A DNA stretch of 63,463 nt, filler included, from an uncultured virus (IMG/VR IMGVR_UViG_2049941000_000142) (13 parts of one record of this genome joined end to end with filler, not necessarily neighbours in it); one strand, 5' to 3'. Counted from the first letter of the whole stretch, positions 23,594-35,932 are shown. Notes: generated by a model not told the origin, from the sequence alone. Numbers and translations: made by a program.

Positions 23594-23956
23594 ACGATCT
23601 ACGACTGTTTCGTTCTCAACGAGAAGCGTTATGCTCTCTACTACCACGGCGGACAGACCGTGTTCAAGGTGCTTGATGCTATGAGTGCTGCAACCGACAC
23701 TGGCAAGACTACTCTTATTATCAATGCGCAGCTTGATGCTCCCACCAATAAGTGGTACTACATGACCGCAACTTCCGCTGCAGGTCTGACGGCTATCACT
23801 TATGGTACTGCGATCACTACCGGAAACTGGACTCAGCTTACGGCTAATGCCACTGAGATCACTCCGACCGCGAACCATGTTATCGCTCGTATCGTAGAGG
23901 TCGATAGCGCCAATAAGCCGATCGCATTTGCGGATGTTCCGCTGAATATCGGCTGA
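23594..23956 (+). CDS. Major capsid protein C-terminal fragment with beta-rich extension (misordered contig)
   Basis: TIYDCFVLNEKRYALYYH is a typical capsid C-terminus; followed by a hairpin. Confidence 0.7.
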   Translation, partial: TIYDCFVLNEKRYALYYHGGQTVFKVLDAMSAATDTGKTTLIINAQLDAPTNKWYYMTATSAAGLTAITYGTAITTGNWTQLTANATEITPTANHVIARIVEVDSANKPIAFADVPLNIG

Positions 23957-23971
23957 TAGTTTTTAACTTTA

Positions 23972-24012
23972 TAGAGGGATTACTGNNNNNNNNNNAATGG
24001 TAATCCCTCTAA
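23972..24012 (+). terminator. Probable hairpin terminator after the capsid gene (loop in gap)
   Basis: AGAGGGATTAC ... GTAATCCCTCT inverted repeat. Confidence 0.55.
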
Positions 24013-24040
24013 TTTCTTATGTTAAGGAGAAGAGAGATAA

Positions 24041-24614
24041 ATGACATACGGCGAATTAAAGAACAGAGTACTCCAGTATATCTTCTCCTATTCCATAGCT
24101 GGAGACGAAATTCAATTGTCTTATAACAATCAGGAAGACTATGTGAAACAGATCCCGGGTCTTTTGAACTCTGCTCAAACTTACATTTATCAGGTGAAGC
24201 ATTTTGAAGCAGCTGTTAAATTAAGCGATCTGGCGAGGGAAGACTTCGGAGACAGCGATATGTACATTCTTCCGGATGATTGCCTTAAGATGAAACCCGG
24301 TTTGATTCTCCCACAGGGCGGTGGATTCAGACCACAGTTTGTACGTTTTAACAACTATAAACTCTTTGGGGGAAATAAGCTTCTTGTTCCGAAAGGAATG
24401 GGCGATAAGCTTCTTATGGAATATTGGAAGCGCAGTGTTCCTCTTCCGGAGAATATTCCGGACAGTTATGTTTTGAAAAATACGGACGAGGTGAATGAAC
24501 TTCTTCCGTTCTATATTGCAGCATTCGTTGTGATGTATGACGATGCTTTCCGATACTCCGCACTATATAATGAATTTGAAACCAGACTTCAGAGACTCGC
24601 TCCGAATCCCTTGC
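24041..24614 (+). CDS. Putative head-tail adaptor
   Basis: MTYGELKNRVL..YILPDDCLK..LLPFYIAA; first gene after the capsid. Confidence 0.55.
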
Positions 24615-24625
24615 NNNNNNNNNNT

Positions 24626-25242
24626 GGCTCTGGGTAATAAATATGATTTCACCGGAGAAAAGACCGTAAAAGTTTATAGTATCCCCATCAGCGTGATGAA
24701 GGACTACTCCCGCACCGGCATTGCTCGTTATGGTTCTCCGGACGATCTCACTCGTAATGTCCAGACCCTGACGATCACTAAGGACAGGGCATTTAATTTC
24801 ATAATTGACAAGGGAGACAAACTCCAGTCTGAGATGGTCTCCGATGCAGGTCAGGCTCTTGCCCGCCAGCTTCGTGAAGTTGTTGTTCCGGAATTTGACA
24901 GCTACTGCTTCGCCAAGTTCGCACAGGCCGCGAAAGACGCAGGTGGTTATGCAACTACGGCTGTGACCGCTTCCAACGCTTATGCCTGCTTCCTTGCCGC
25001 TATGGAATATCTGGGTGACCACAATGTTCCTGAAGCCGGTCGTGTAGCTTTCTGCACTTATAAGTTTGCCAACTTTATGATGCAGGACCCGGCCTTTATG
25101 AAGTACAGCGATAAGTCCCAGGAGATGGTTGTCAAGGGTATCCTTGGCGAAGTCGATGGGTGCAAGATCGTTAAAGTTCCTTCTAGCCGTCTCCCTGCCG
25201 GAGCAGCGTTTATTCTCGCTCATGCAGAAGCCGCTGTCGGCC
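24626..25242 (+). CDS. Major capsid protein central fragment
   Basis: LALGNKYDFTGEKTVKVYSIP..DY.R..RYG..QTLTITKDRAFNFIIDKGD..VVVPEFDSY..GEVDGCKIVKVPS. Confidence 0.88.
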
Positions 25243-25252
25243 NNNNNNNNNN

Positions 25253-25379
25253 AATAAAATATCCCCAAGAGTGGTCGATATCCGTTACAATTCCTTTCTT
25301 GTATCGGATAAAAATGTACTCTGAACTTATGGGAAACCATAAGAGCTATCGGATAAAGAGCCGATAGGCTAACAAATTG
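25253..25379 (+). ncRNA. Group I intron, 3' part (P3', P8, P7', P9, terminal G); exon 2 starts at 25380
   Basis: TGGTCGAT complements the 5' P3 strand; P8 ATCCG..CGGAT; S-like AAAATGTACTCTGAACT; CTTATGG-GAAA-CCATAAG; CTATCGG..CCGATAG; ends TAACAAATTG. Confidence 0.82.
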
Positions 25380-25801
25380 ATCTCGAATCCCAGGCAGTTN
25401 NNNNNNNNNNNNNNNNNNNNNNNNNNNNNNNNNNNNNNNNNNNNNNNNNNNNNNNNNNNNNNNNNNNNNNNNNNNNNNNNNNNNNNNNNNNNNNNNNNNN
25501 NNNNNNNNNNNNNNNNNNNNNNNNNNNNNNNNNNNNNNNNNNNNNNNNNNNNNNNNNNNNNNNNNNNNNNNNNNNNNNNNNNNNNNNNNNNNNNNNNNNN
25601 NNNNNNNNNNNNNNNNNNNNNNNNNNNNNNNNNNNNNNNNNNNNNNNNNNNNNNNNNNNNNNNNNNNNNNNNNNNNNNNNNNNNNNNNNNNNNNNNNNNN
25701 NNNNNNNNNNNNNNNNNNNNNNNNNNNNNNNNNNNNNNNNNNNNNNNNNNNNNNNNNNNNNNNNNNNNNNNNNNNNNNNNNNNNNNNNNNNNNNNNNNNN
25801 N

Positions 25802-27937
25802 TTGGCGAGAGGGCGTTCTTAGCTGCCGTGATGGTCAGGTATGGGTAAACGGCACTGACGGCGGAACATTCTATACTGCTTACGAGCGGCTGTGGAATGG
25901 CTGTATGTTTGCCCATTCCGGTGACAGTATCTATGCCGTTGATACAGACGGCACGAGGACTCTTCTGTACACCGCCTCCGATACGATGGATGTCCGCGGA
26001 AAATTCTTTCCGTATAATGAGAAGCTGTATTATAAGACAGAAGGGCATTACGTTTGTATTGAGTATAACAATGGTGCTTTCTCTGCCAGTGATGTAGAGG
26101 GATATGTTCCGGTAACTTACATTAACTGTTCTCCGCTTAACGGCTCAGGTACTATCTACCAGCCTGAGAACAGAATAAGTTCGAAGAAGACTCTCTGGTA
26201 CAATGCTTCGTATGTATTAACTCCGTCAGTATCCGGAGACTTCAGCGTGTCTGTTGAGGAGACATACTTCCGGATCATGTGCAATAATGTTCCAGGTACG
26301 TATGTATTTACCTATACAACGGAGTGGAAGCTGAACGGAAATGCGGTAGATCCTCTCGCCTATGGAATAGCGATTGGCGGAACTCCGGTAAACGGAGATA
26401 CGATTACCATCTATTATGCGTTTTTGAACAGATACTATCTTCCTTTGGCCGGTCTTAATATAGACAACATTACGGTTGACGGTGTTACGAAAGTACAGGA
26501 GAGCCTAGAGTATGAGGTAAGCACTCTGGGTGTTACCGCAACGCTAGATAAAGAAACGTGGAGAAGTTACGTAACAGTTTCCGGCACATATGCTTTTGTT
26601 TATGACTATGATAATGATGTCTGGACTCTTAATGGCTCTTCCGTTTCGCTTGCCACATATGGTATCGCGGTTGTCGGTAGTCCGGTTGATCAGACAACGA
26701 TTACTGTGGAATATGTGCGAGGGGATTACTATTTAGATAATGACGGCGCTTCTGTTATCTTTTATGATGCGCCCCCTGTTACCTATCNNNNNNNNNNAAT
26801 AATACTGTTCATGTTACATATTCTGCGGATAATGACACAGCGTATGAAAACATTATGGATTGCCGATATGCTGCTGTCTATGGCGGAACCGGGGCGTTGT
26901 GTATCGTAATGGCCGGGAGCAAGACCCAGCCTAATGCCTACTTCTGGAATGGTCAGACGAGTATCGCTATGGACGCTTCGTACTTTCCAATGACACAGTA
27001 TCAGCTCGCCGGTGACTCGGTTGATCCTATTACCGGATTCGGTAAGCAGCAAGGGTATCTTATTATTTTTAAAAAAGGATCTGTCGGCAGAACGACACTC
27101 GGTACAGAAACTGTTGATGAAAGAATGACGATTGATCTTCCGTATGTCGGCATTAACTCCAAGATCGGCTGTGATCTTCCGCATACTATACAGCTTGTGG
27201 AGAATAACCTGGTATGGTGCAACACAGTAAGAGGAGTTCATTTCCTGGCGAACACATCCGCTGCATACGAAAACAATGTTGTCTGTCTTTCCGATAAGGT
27301 TAATGACTCCGGAAACTCGTGGAATCCCGGATTGCTCTATGATGTTCGTAATGTGGATGCCGAAGTGGTTGTATCTCACGATGATNNNNNNNNNNTGGCG
27401 AATGGTCATGCGTGGTTGTGGGATTACTTCGTAAGTCGGTATACGGATCCGTCATGGTTTTATTTTGACAATATAAATGGAAGAGCCTTTATCCAGGAGC
27501 ATGATGATGTGTGGCACTTCGATTCCAGAAGCAGACTCACGCACATGGAGCGGTGCTATTATGACTACGATCCGATAGGAAGTTCCGGTGCTATAGATAA
27601 GGTGTTCCGTTTTGCTACGCAGTTCTTCGGAACGTATGACAATCTTAAGACGGTAAACTCCGTGATTATAAATACAAGGTCTGATACGAACTCTATTATT
27701 AGTCTTCGGTATCTGACAGACTACGAAACAAGGGATGACCTGACTCCGCTTGAAGCTGTGTCATGGAGACTTGTTCCGAGGAATTTAACATATCGTAATT
27801 TGACCGGCTCCGGTTTTGCTCATGTGTTCAGGAGAAAACCGCACTGCCGTAGAATAAAATTCTTTACTATGCGGCTTGAGAATAACAGTCCGTCTATGGA
27901 TATGTCTATTGTCTCAGCACAGATTTATTATACATGA
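25802..27937 (+). CDS. Tail tubular/nozzle (stabilisation) protein, gapped
   Basis: Beta-rich; YFPMTQY..ITGFGKQQGYLIIFK..INSKIGCD..IQLVENNLVW; podovirus gene order. Confidence 0.65.
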
Positions 27938-28900
27938 TAAAAATNNNNNNNNNNNNNNNNNNNNNNNNNNNNNNNNNNNNNNNNNNNNNNNNNNNNNNNN
28001 NNNNNNNNNNNNNNNNNNNNNNNNNNNNNNNNNNNNNNNNNNNNNNNNNNNNNNNNNNNNNNNNNNNNNNNNNNNNNNNNNNNNNNNNNNNNNNNNNNNN
28101 NNNNNNNNNNNNNNNNNNNNNNNNNNNNNNNNNNNNNNNNNNNNNNNNNNNNNNNNNNNNNNNNNNNNNNNNNNNNNNNNNNNNNNNNNNNNNNNNNNNN
28201 NNNNNNNNNNNNNNNNNNNNNNNNNNNNNNNNNNNNNNNNNNNNNNNNNNNNNNNNNNNNNNNNNNNNNNNNNNNNNNNNNNNNNNNNNNNNNNNNNNNN
28301 NNNNNNNNNNNNNNNNNNNNNNNNNNNNNNNNNNNNNNNNNNNNNNNNNNNNNNNNNNNNNNNNNNNNNNNNNNNNNNNNNNNNNNNNNNNNNNNNNNNN
28401 NNNNNNNNNNNNNNNNNNNNNNNNNNNNNNNNNNNNNNNNNNNNNNNNNNNNNNNNNNNNNNNNNNNNNNNNNNNNNNNNNNNNNNNNNNNNNNNNNNNN
28501 NNNNNNNNNNNNNNNNNNNNNNNNNNNNNNNNNNNNNNNNNNNNNNNNNNNNNNNNNNNNNNNNNNNNNNNNNNNNNNNNNNNNNNNNNNNNNNNNNNNN
28601 NNNNNNNNNNNNNNNNNNNNNNNNNNNNNNNNNNNNNNNNNNNNNNNNNNNNNNNNNNNNNNNNNNNNNNNNNNNNNNNNNNNNNNNNNNNNNNNNNNNN
28701 NNNNNNNNNNNNNNNNNNNNNNNNNNNNNNNNNNNNNNNNNNNNNNNNNNNNNNGTGATAGCGATGAAACAAAACCGACGAGTGGTATAGCGGACGGTTC
28801 TATATTTACGGAGAGCGATACCGGGGATGTTTATCTTTTTAATGAAGCTAGCGGGGATTGGGTTAAGCAATTTTCGCTTCAGACTTAAGGGAGTTAGAGC

Positions 28901-29096
28901 ATGAGTATTAATCGAGATTTCGTGTCTGGCTACGGAGCAGGCAAAGCTTCAAAAACAAGTCAGGATATTATCAATGAAGTCGACGATTGGCTTGAAGATA
29001 ATATCGCACAGGAAACAGGGTACGTTCTTGACCGCACCCTTTCAATGGAAAATGCAGCTGCCCCTGCCGACATGGTTGGTGATTTAAAGTCTGCTT
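28901..29096 (+). CDS. N-terminus of a tail-fibre-like protein, cut by a gap after GDLKSA
   Basis: EVDDWL..VLDRTLSMENAAAPADMVGDLKSA is a common fibre N-terminal linker; RBS upstream. Confidence 0.55.
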
Positions 29097-29434
29097 NNNN
29101 NNNNNNATTCTTCAGAGTGGGATGAAGCGGGAAAAACTGTATATTTCAAAAACTATGATACTGAGGAAGAACTGTCTTTTGTTTTGATAAACGATGGTAT
29201 CACTACTGACAGAGGGCTGGATTTTGCTCCCGGTGTTTGGAGTGTGTATCTTGTTGGGGAGATACGAGAGGGTGAAGAAGTTTTGAATCGGTTTACTACT
29301 GAAAGCGTTACTTTTAAAGTAGTTGCCCCAGATTAAAGAGAATAGGAGAGATATGTTATGAGAACTCTTATGAGTAGGTTGCTCGCCGTTGAAAGCAGTG
29401 GGCAGGTATGCTATGTGGAATTAANNNNNNNNNN

Positions 29435-30271
29435 CGTTACATCCGGTAAGCTTGCAAATAAGGCGGTAATTACTGCCAGACTTGACGACCTTGCTGTTAC
29501 TACGGATAAGCTTGGGGATGGGAGTGTAGCTGAAGGGAAACTAGCTACCGCTCTTGCTACTAAGATAAATGGTAAGCAGCCACAGCATACGGAAGTTACT
29601 ATAACTTTGTCAGCGAATGCTTCTTCGTGGAGCGATGTTGCTGCTACAGGAGTTACGGCTACGAATCTCGTGTTTGCTAGTCCGAACGAAGAGAGTGATG
29701 ACTACTTCGTTCAATGGACGAACCATGGAGTGCGGATGTATTCACAGGGTGCTGGCAAAGTCTCATTTAAGGCGAACTCCAATATAACCGCTGCAATCAA
29801 AGTTAATCTTGCAATATTCGATTAAGAGGTGTCAGCCATGGTTAATCTTGCGTTCGCCATCCTTGGACAGAAGTTGACTCTTCTTACTCCGACTAGATTC
29901 GTGTCCGGTACTTTGAATGCAACTACTGCCCGGTTTGNNNNNNNNNNTCAAATGAATTCGTAGCGGCTAATATGTCATTTGCTCCTACCCCAGACAATAT
30001 CGAGCAAACCAACGTACAGGATGCTATTGAATATGTGTTTTCTCAGATACAGGAAGCCTATTCCGGATCTATACCGGATGGCGCTGTAACGGAGTCAAAG
30101 ATTCATACCGGGGCGGTATCTACAAGTAAACTCGCTGATGGTGCTGTTACAGAAGATAAGATAGCAGATGGGGCGGTAACTGGAGATAAGATAGCTGCGA
30201 ATGCTATATCCGGCGAGAGTTTTGCTCCGAATTCTATTCCGGCCGGTAAACTTGGATCGCAGGCGGTCGGT
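29435..30271 (+). CDS. Tail fibre protein fragments with DGAVTxxK(I/L) decapeptide repeats (29948-30271 and 29435-29825)
   Basis: NVQDAIE, DGAVTESKI, DGAVTEDKI, DGAVTGDKI, AVTTDKL. Confidence 0.65.
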
Positions 30272-30426
30272 ANNNNNNNNNNCCTGATGAAGTAGAACAG
30301 GGATATTATTGGGTAGATGGGTGGCACTCAAGCGGTTCTTATGTTAATACTGGATTTATCGAACTTGAAGCAAATAAAACATATACAATGCAGTACGGTG
30401 CTTCTACGGTTTCAGCNNNNNNNNNN

Positions 30427-30740
30427 TGGATGTCGTATAAGCGAAGTGTGTGCACTCAACCGGGATGATGTCGATTTATCGAACATGGAGTGTGTTGTTC
30501 TTGGCAAGGGTAATAAAGAGAGAACTGTTTATTTATCGGAAATATGTGTGATGCATTTAAAGTATTATCTGCGATTAAGGAAAGATGATAGTAAGGCTTT
30601 GTTTATTGGGAAGGGAACGGAGAGACTGCATCCCGGTGGTGTTAGGAAACGGCTTAACGAAATAGCTGAAGCTGCCGGGGTTGAGAATGTTCATCCGCAT
30701 CGTTTCCGGAGAACTCTAGCTACAAATCTTATTAATCACG
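30427..30740 (+). CDS. Tyrosine recombinase (XerD-like) catalytic fragment
   Basis: GCRISE, VLGKGNKERTVY, HPHRFRRTLAT. Confidence 0.9.
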
Positions 30741-30750
30741 NNNNNNNNNN

Positions 30751-31270
30751 TATATAAAAATAACATCGACAAAAATTCAAATATATTCTAATGAAACATT
30801 TATAGAAGAATTTGAACATGGTTTAACTCTATCAGATTTTATTAACGTAATTATTTACACAAAGAATAATTCAGATTGCAGGTCATCAATTACCATCATG
30901 ACAGCAGGTGGCGATTATACAGCAGAAACAACACGGTATTATGGCATTAGGGGTGCTGTTCTGTGCAATGCAAATTTCGCAATGACAAACGTAAAGATTA
31001 AATATACCGTAAACGATGCAAAAGAAGATGTTTGGGTATTTGGTGATTCGTATATTTCTCTTGGTGATCCTAACAGATGGGCAACGCAATTGGTTTCATC
31101 GGGTCATAAGAAACTACTGTTGGATGGATGGGGTGGCGCAATGTCAGAAAATGTGTACCCTGTTGTAGAATATTTTGGCAATATTACAAAACCTAAATAC
31201 ATTGTATGGTGTTTGGGAATAATGATGGCGATAATAATGCTATAAATTCTGCATGGAAATCGTGCGTTGA
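30751..31270 (+). CDS. SGNH/GDSL hydrolase-like tail module, AT-rich, apparent frameshift near 31218
   Basis: VWVFGDSY, DGWGGA, PKYIVWCLG then ND in a shifted frame. Confidence 0.6.
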
Positions 31271-31910
31271 NNNNNNNNNNNNNNNNNNNNNNNNNNNNNN
31301 NNNNNNNNNNNNNNNNNNNNNNNNNNNNNNNNNNNNNNNNNNNNNNNNNNNNNNNNNNNNNNNNNNNNNNNNNNNNNNNNNNNNNNNNNNNNNNNNNNNN
31401 NNNNNNNNNNNNNNNNNNNNNNNNNNNNNNNNNNNNNNNNNNNNNNNNNNNNNNNNNNNNNNNNNNNNNNNNNNNNNNNNNNNNNNNNNNNNNNNNNNNN
31501 NNNNNNNNNNNNNNNNNNNNNNNNNNNNNNNNNNNNNNNNNNNNNNNNNNNNNNNNNNNNNNNNNNNNNNNNNNNNNNNNNNNNNNNNNNNNNNNNNNNN
31601 NNNNNNNNNNNNNNNNNNNNNNNNNNNNNNNNNNNNNNNNNNNNNNNNNNNNNNNNNNNNNNNNNNNNNNNNNNNNNNNNNNNNNNNNNNNNNNNNNNNN
31701 NNNNNNNNNNNNNNNNNNNNNNNNNNNNNNNNNNNNNNNNNNNNNNNNNNNNNNNNNNNNNNNNNNNNNNNNNNNNNNNNNNNNNNNNNNNNNNNNNNNN
31801 NNNNNNNNNNNNNNNNNNNNNNNNNNNNNNNNNNNNNNNNNNNNNNNNNNNNNNNNNNNNNNNNNNNNNNNNNNNNNNNNNNNNNNNAAAGCATAATAAA
31901 ATCAGGAGGA

Positions 31911-32125
31911 TTATTCCTCCTGATTATTCGGAATCCAAGATAAGAGATCCCCTGGTTGGCATTGGCATAGTTCACATATTTTATCGATTGTATCTGTCGT
32001 GATTGGGTCTCCGTGACGGAGCCGATCTATTGTGCTGCTTGCAATTATTTTTTCTTTTGTGAGTCGATAGGCAGACCATCCGCAATCAGATAACTTACCG
32101 AGGATGTTATTAAAAGCAATCAGTA
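31911..32125 (-). CDS. Small Cro/C1-type HTH protein (start in gap)
   Basis: Manual translation: GWSAYRLTKEKIIASSTIDRLRHGDPITTDTIDKICELCQCQPGDLLSW. Confidence 0.75.
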
Positions 32126-32695
32126 NNNNNNNNNNNNNNNNNNNNNNNNNNNNNNNNNNNNNNNNNNNNTTAATTAATTAANNNNNNNNNNNNNNNNNNN
32201 NNNNNNNNNNNNNNNNNNNNNNNNNTTATAAATCTATGCCAGGGCGGAGAGTCTACGATTACAGTTTATGGCCCTGGTACTTCAAGTATCTCGGTAACCG
32301 GTGGTGGTGAAACTGTAACAGGGACTATTGCATCCGGTTCGACTAGTGTTTCATTAAAAGTTCATACGATATCCACTTATACGGTAACTTGTACTTATAG
32401 CAATTCCACAAAATCGGGTACTGTTTCTATAACCACTTTCGGAGAATCAAAATCGATTTCCTTCTCTTACNNNNNNNNNNNNNNNNNNNNNNNNNNNNNN
32501 NNNNNNNNNNNNNNNNNNNNNNNNNNNNNNNNNNNNNNNNNNNNNNNNNNNNNNNNNNNNNNNNNNNNNNNNNNNNNNNNNNNNNNNNNNNNNNNNNNNN
32601 NNNNNNNNNNNNNNNNNNNNNNNNNNNNNNNNNNNNNNNNNNNNNNNNNNNNNNNNNNNNNNNNNNNNNNNNNNNNNNNNNNNNNNNNNNNNNNN

Positions 32696-33516
32696 TTCCT
32701 GCCGGGTCTTTGAACTCCACAGCTTGGACTGTTAGAGCTACGGATGCTAATAGCACAGGCGTGTACGAGGATAAGACTGCTACAACGAACTCCCTTACAG
32801 CCGACCCGACTGTTTATCCGCTATATCGCATACCGATCATCAAAGTATCTTGGTCAGGCGGTTCTGCTACTTCTTACGGTAACGGAATGGATAATGGATA
32901 TGCGAAGATCTCCGGTACGAACTCATGGAAGATGTGGGTCAAAGCATCCTGTACGGTTACATTCCTTTGGATAAAGACCAAGGTTCACTTCTGGGGAATC
33001 GGCAAAGGCGGCGACGGAAGCGCCGCTTTCTATGATACAGATTCCGCAAGCCCGTATGGCGGCGGCTCCGGCGGTGGCGGTGGTCAGGTAAAGACCGGGT
33101 CTAATGTCACCGTTAGTGTTAATTCCGGATATACTGTAACGATTGGGTCTGCTACTTCTTTTGGCAGCATAATGTCTTGCAACGCCGGTGGGAACGGCGG
33201 TCGGATGTCAGGTGGTTCATCCGGTGGCAATTCCGGAAACGGAAGTTCCGGTGAATGGGTTAACGACCACAGCTATCCTCCATCAAGCGGTGGCGGCGGG
33301 TCTGGCGGAGAAGGAGTCTATGCCTTTGGCGATTCTTCCTTTGATGGCGTTCGATATGGTCACGGTGGTGGTGGTGGCGCACATTCATCGTCAACTCCGG
33401 GGTATCATTCTACCACAGCCGGGTCCGGTGGTGGGGGCGCAGGTCATAGCGGCAATGCCGGCCGCACGAATGGTAATAATGGTATCTTCTGTCTGAAACC
33501 CGGTGACAATATATAA
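32696..33516 (+). CDS. Glycine-rich tail-associated protein (C-terminal part)
   Basis: GKGGDG, GGGSGGGGGQV, YGHGGGGG, GNNGI. Confidence 0.65.
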
Positions 33517-33679
33517 TGGAAATTTCTTCTATGATGATCATGGCCGGTATAGCTTTACATATAGTAGAGCTTGCCGGTCTGATAACTTTATACATTATGA
33601 TGGTATGCAAAGATGAGTGAACGAGAAGAACTTGAGATGTTCATCAACGATCTGTTGGATGGACAGAAAGGGGAAGACG

Positions 33680-34531
33680 ATGAGTGAGTCTTCTATCTGG
33701 AAAAAGCTGAGAGCAAAAGGCTTTTCCGAAACAGCGACGGCAGCGATCATGGGCAATATGCAGGGTGAGAGCGGTCTGATCCCTTATAGGATTCAGGGTG
33801 ATTTCAGTTCTGACTATGCCAGATCGAAAGAGTACACCAGGCAGGTAGACAATGGTCAGCTTAGTAAGAATGACTTTCTGTACTACGGACCGGGTGGTGG
33901 CGGATATGGACTTTGCCAGTGGACATTCTGGTCGAGGAAAGCCGGATTGTATGATCTTGCCAAATCGTATGGCTTGTCTGTTGGTGATGAGCAGGTGCAG
34001 GTAGACTGGCTTTATCAGGAGATTCAGAAACCGGAGTACGTTTATCAGAAGAACGATTTTGAAAAGTACACCGTGTTTGATTTTCTCCACAGGGATGAGT
34101 CGCTTCTTGAAATGACCAAGGCTGTTATGCGCGGTTACGAGAAGCCGTGGGATCAGTCAGATATTGTGGCATTGCAGAGGGCATCCTGGGGAAAGAACAT
34201 CCTCGACAGAAACACAGGGAGTTCACCGGATGCAGATCCGACTCCTACTCCAGAGCCAACTCCAAAACCGAAACCGATTTCTTCCTGTGCTATCACAGTA
34301 CCGGAATTGAAGTACGGAGATAAGGACTGGTACAAGGGCGGAGACAAAGGCGTGGCTGTTGCTATGCTCCAGATGGGTCTCAAGAAAAATGATATTGGGA
34401 TAGGCATCTGGGGATGTGACGGACATTTTGGCAAAGATACCGAGAAAGCCGTTAAGGAATTTCAGAGGAACAGCAATCTTCCTGCTGACGGCATTGTCGG
34501 TCAGGATACCTGGCAGGTATTGTTTCAGTAG
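33680..34531 (+). CDS. Endolysin: phage tail lysozyme-like domain plus C-terminal peptidoglycan-binding domain
   Basis: AAIMGNMQGESG, GYGLCQWT, YEKP, PT linker, DGHFGKDTEKAVKEFQ..DGIVGQDTW. Confidence 0.88.
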   Translation: MSESSIWKKLRAKGFSETATAAIMGNMQGESGLIPYRIQGDFSSDYARSKEYTRQVDNGQLSKNDFLYYGPGGGGYGLCQWTFWSRKAGLYDLAKSYGLSVGDEQVQVDWLYQEIQKPEYVYQKNDFEKYTVFDFLHRDESLLEMTKAVMRGYEKPWDQSDIVALQRASWGKNILDRNTGSSPDADPTPTPEPTPKPKPISSCAITVPELKYGDKDWYKGGDKGVAVAMLQMGLKKNDIGIGIWGCDGHFGKDTEKAVKEFQRNSNLPADGIVGQDTWQVLFQ

Positions 34532-34722
34532 GTGATGCTGTATGAGTGCAGCGGATAACGATTTACCGAGGTGTAAGAAATGCGGTAGTACCGTACCAAA
34601 TGGGAAAGAACTCTGCTGGTGTTGCGAACATGAACCGAAACTCCATAAGGATTCGGATAAATGCAAGGACAGCTGCGAGATAGCTTTCGATAAGAGGAAG
34701 TGAGACTGTTGGNNNNNNNNNN

Positions 34723-34815
34723 TCTATCCTCGGTCATGATAGGATCGATACTACAATGACTTATGTTTACATAGATAAAATAAATGTGAAAAACTCATAT
34801 AGGAAATATGTATAG
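34723..34815 (+). CDS. Tyrosine recombinase C-terminus (probably continues 30427-30740)
   Basis: SILGHDRIDTTMTYVY, with catalytic H and Y. Confidence 0.8.
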   Translation, partial: SILGHDRIDTTMTYVYIDKINVKNSYRKYV

Positions 34816-35310
34816 TTTTAATAAGATTCCTAATTAAAGTGCGACAAATTGCCGCACTTTTCTATTTACTCCATAGNNNNNNNNNNNNNNNNNNNNNNNN
34901 NNNNNNNNNNNNNNNNNNNNTTAATTAATTAANNNNNNNNNNNNNNNNNNNNNNNNNNNNNNNNNNNNNNNNNNNNGAAGCGGAGTTTTAACTACGATTA
35001 TTAATCGCATCTTTTCTATTGTTGATAAGAGGAAAGAAAAAGACAACACAACCGTGACCGGCCTCCGGACATTATTGATGNNNNNNNNNNTAAGTAAAGA
35101 CGATCTGGAAGATATTATAAATCTGTGGCGTGTGTACCACGATAAGATGGGCGGTAACGGCTATCTTGACAACATAATGGGCAGAGTAAAGCTTCTGCCG
35201 ATAAAGGCATGATGGAGACAATACTAGTAGCGATTCTGCTGATACTTTGCTTCTCACTCATGAATAACAATAAACCTAAATATCCATAAACTGTTTGGAG
35301 GATAAAGCTT

Positions 35311-35465
35311 ATGTATAAGATTACTTGGGATGACATTGTAAGAAAACTCACTTCCAGAAAGTTCTGGCTGGCTATTGCTTCCTTTGTAACCAATCTTATG
35401 GTGTTTAATGGAGCAACCGGAGAAACTGTAGAGAAAGTCACGGCTCTGATTCTAGCCGGTGCTAC
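35311..35465 (+). CDS. Holin (partial)
   Basis: WDDIVRKLTSRKFWLAIASFV; RBS GGAGG; near the lysin. Confidence 0.75.
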
Positions 35466-35932
35466 NNNNNNNNNNGGCAACTAGACTAGCCGGGGTCAAT
35501 ACGGCCTCTCAGGCTGTGCCTACTATAAGCATTCAATCACCGGTTAAGATTACGAATCCGACGGCTGCTCAGGCGGTAAGTGATCCTGCCATTAACAAGA
35601 TAGATTCTGTAGCAACGCCGTCGAATGGTGCNNNNNNNNNNNNNNNNNNNNNNNNNNNNNNNNNNNNNNNNNNNNNNNNNNNNNNNNNNNNNNNNNNNNN
35701 NNNNNNNNNNNNNNNNNNNNNNNNNNNNNNNNNNNNNNNNNNNNNNNNNNNNNNNNNNNNNNNNNNNNNNNNNNNNNNNNNNNNNNNNNNNNNNNNNNNN
35801 NNNNNNNNNNNNNNNNNNNNNNNNNNNNNNNNNNNNNNNNNNNNNNNNNNNNNNNNNNNNNNNNNNNNNNNNNNNNNNNNNNNNNNNNNNNNNNNNNNNN
35901 NNNNNNNNNNNNNNNNNNNNNNNNNNNNNNNN

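Noticed and set aside
27876..28870. Long X-filled ORFs spanning gaps and many antisense ORFs in the track
   Set aside because: Artefacts of N runs or shadows of real genes.
32696..33516. Gly-rich tail protein as a second DGR target
   Set aside because: No similarity to the TR at its C-terminus.
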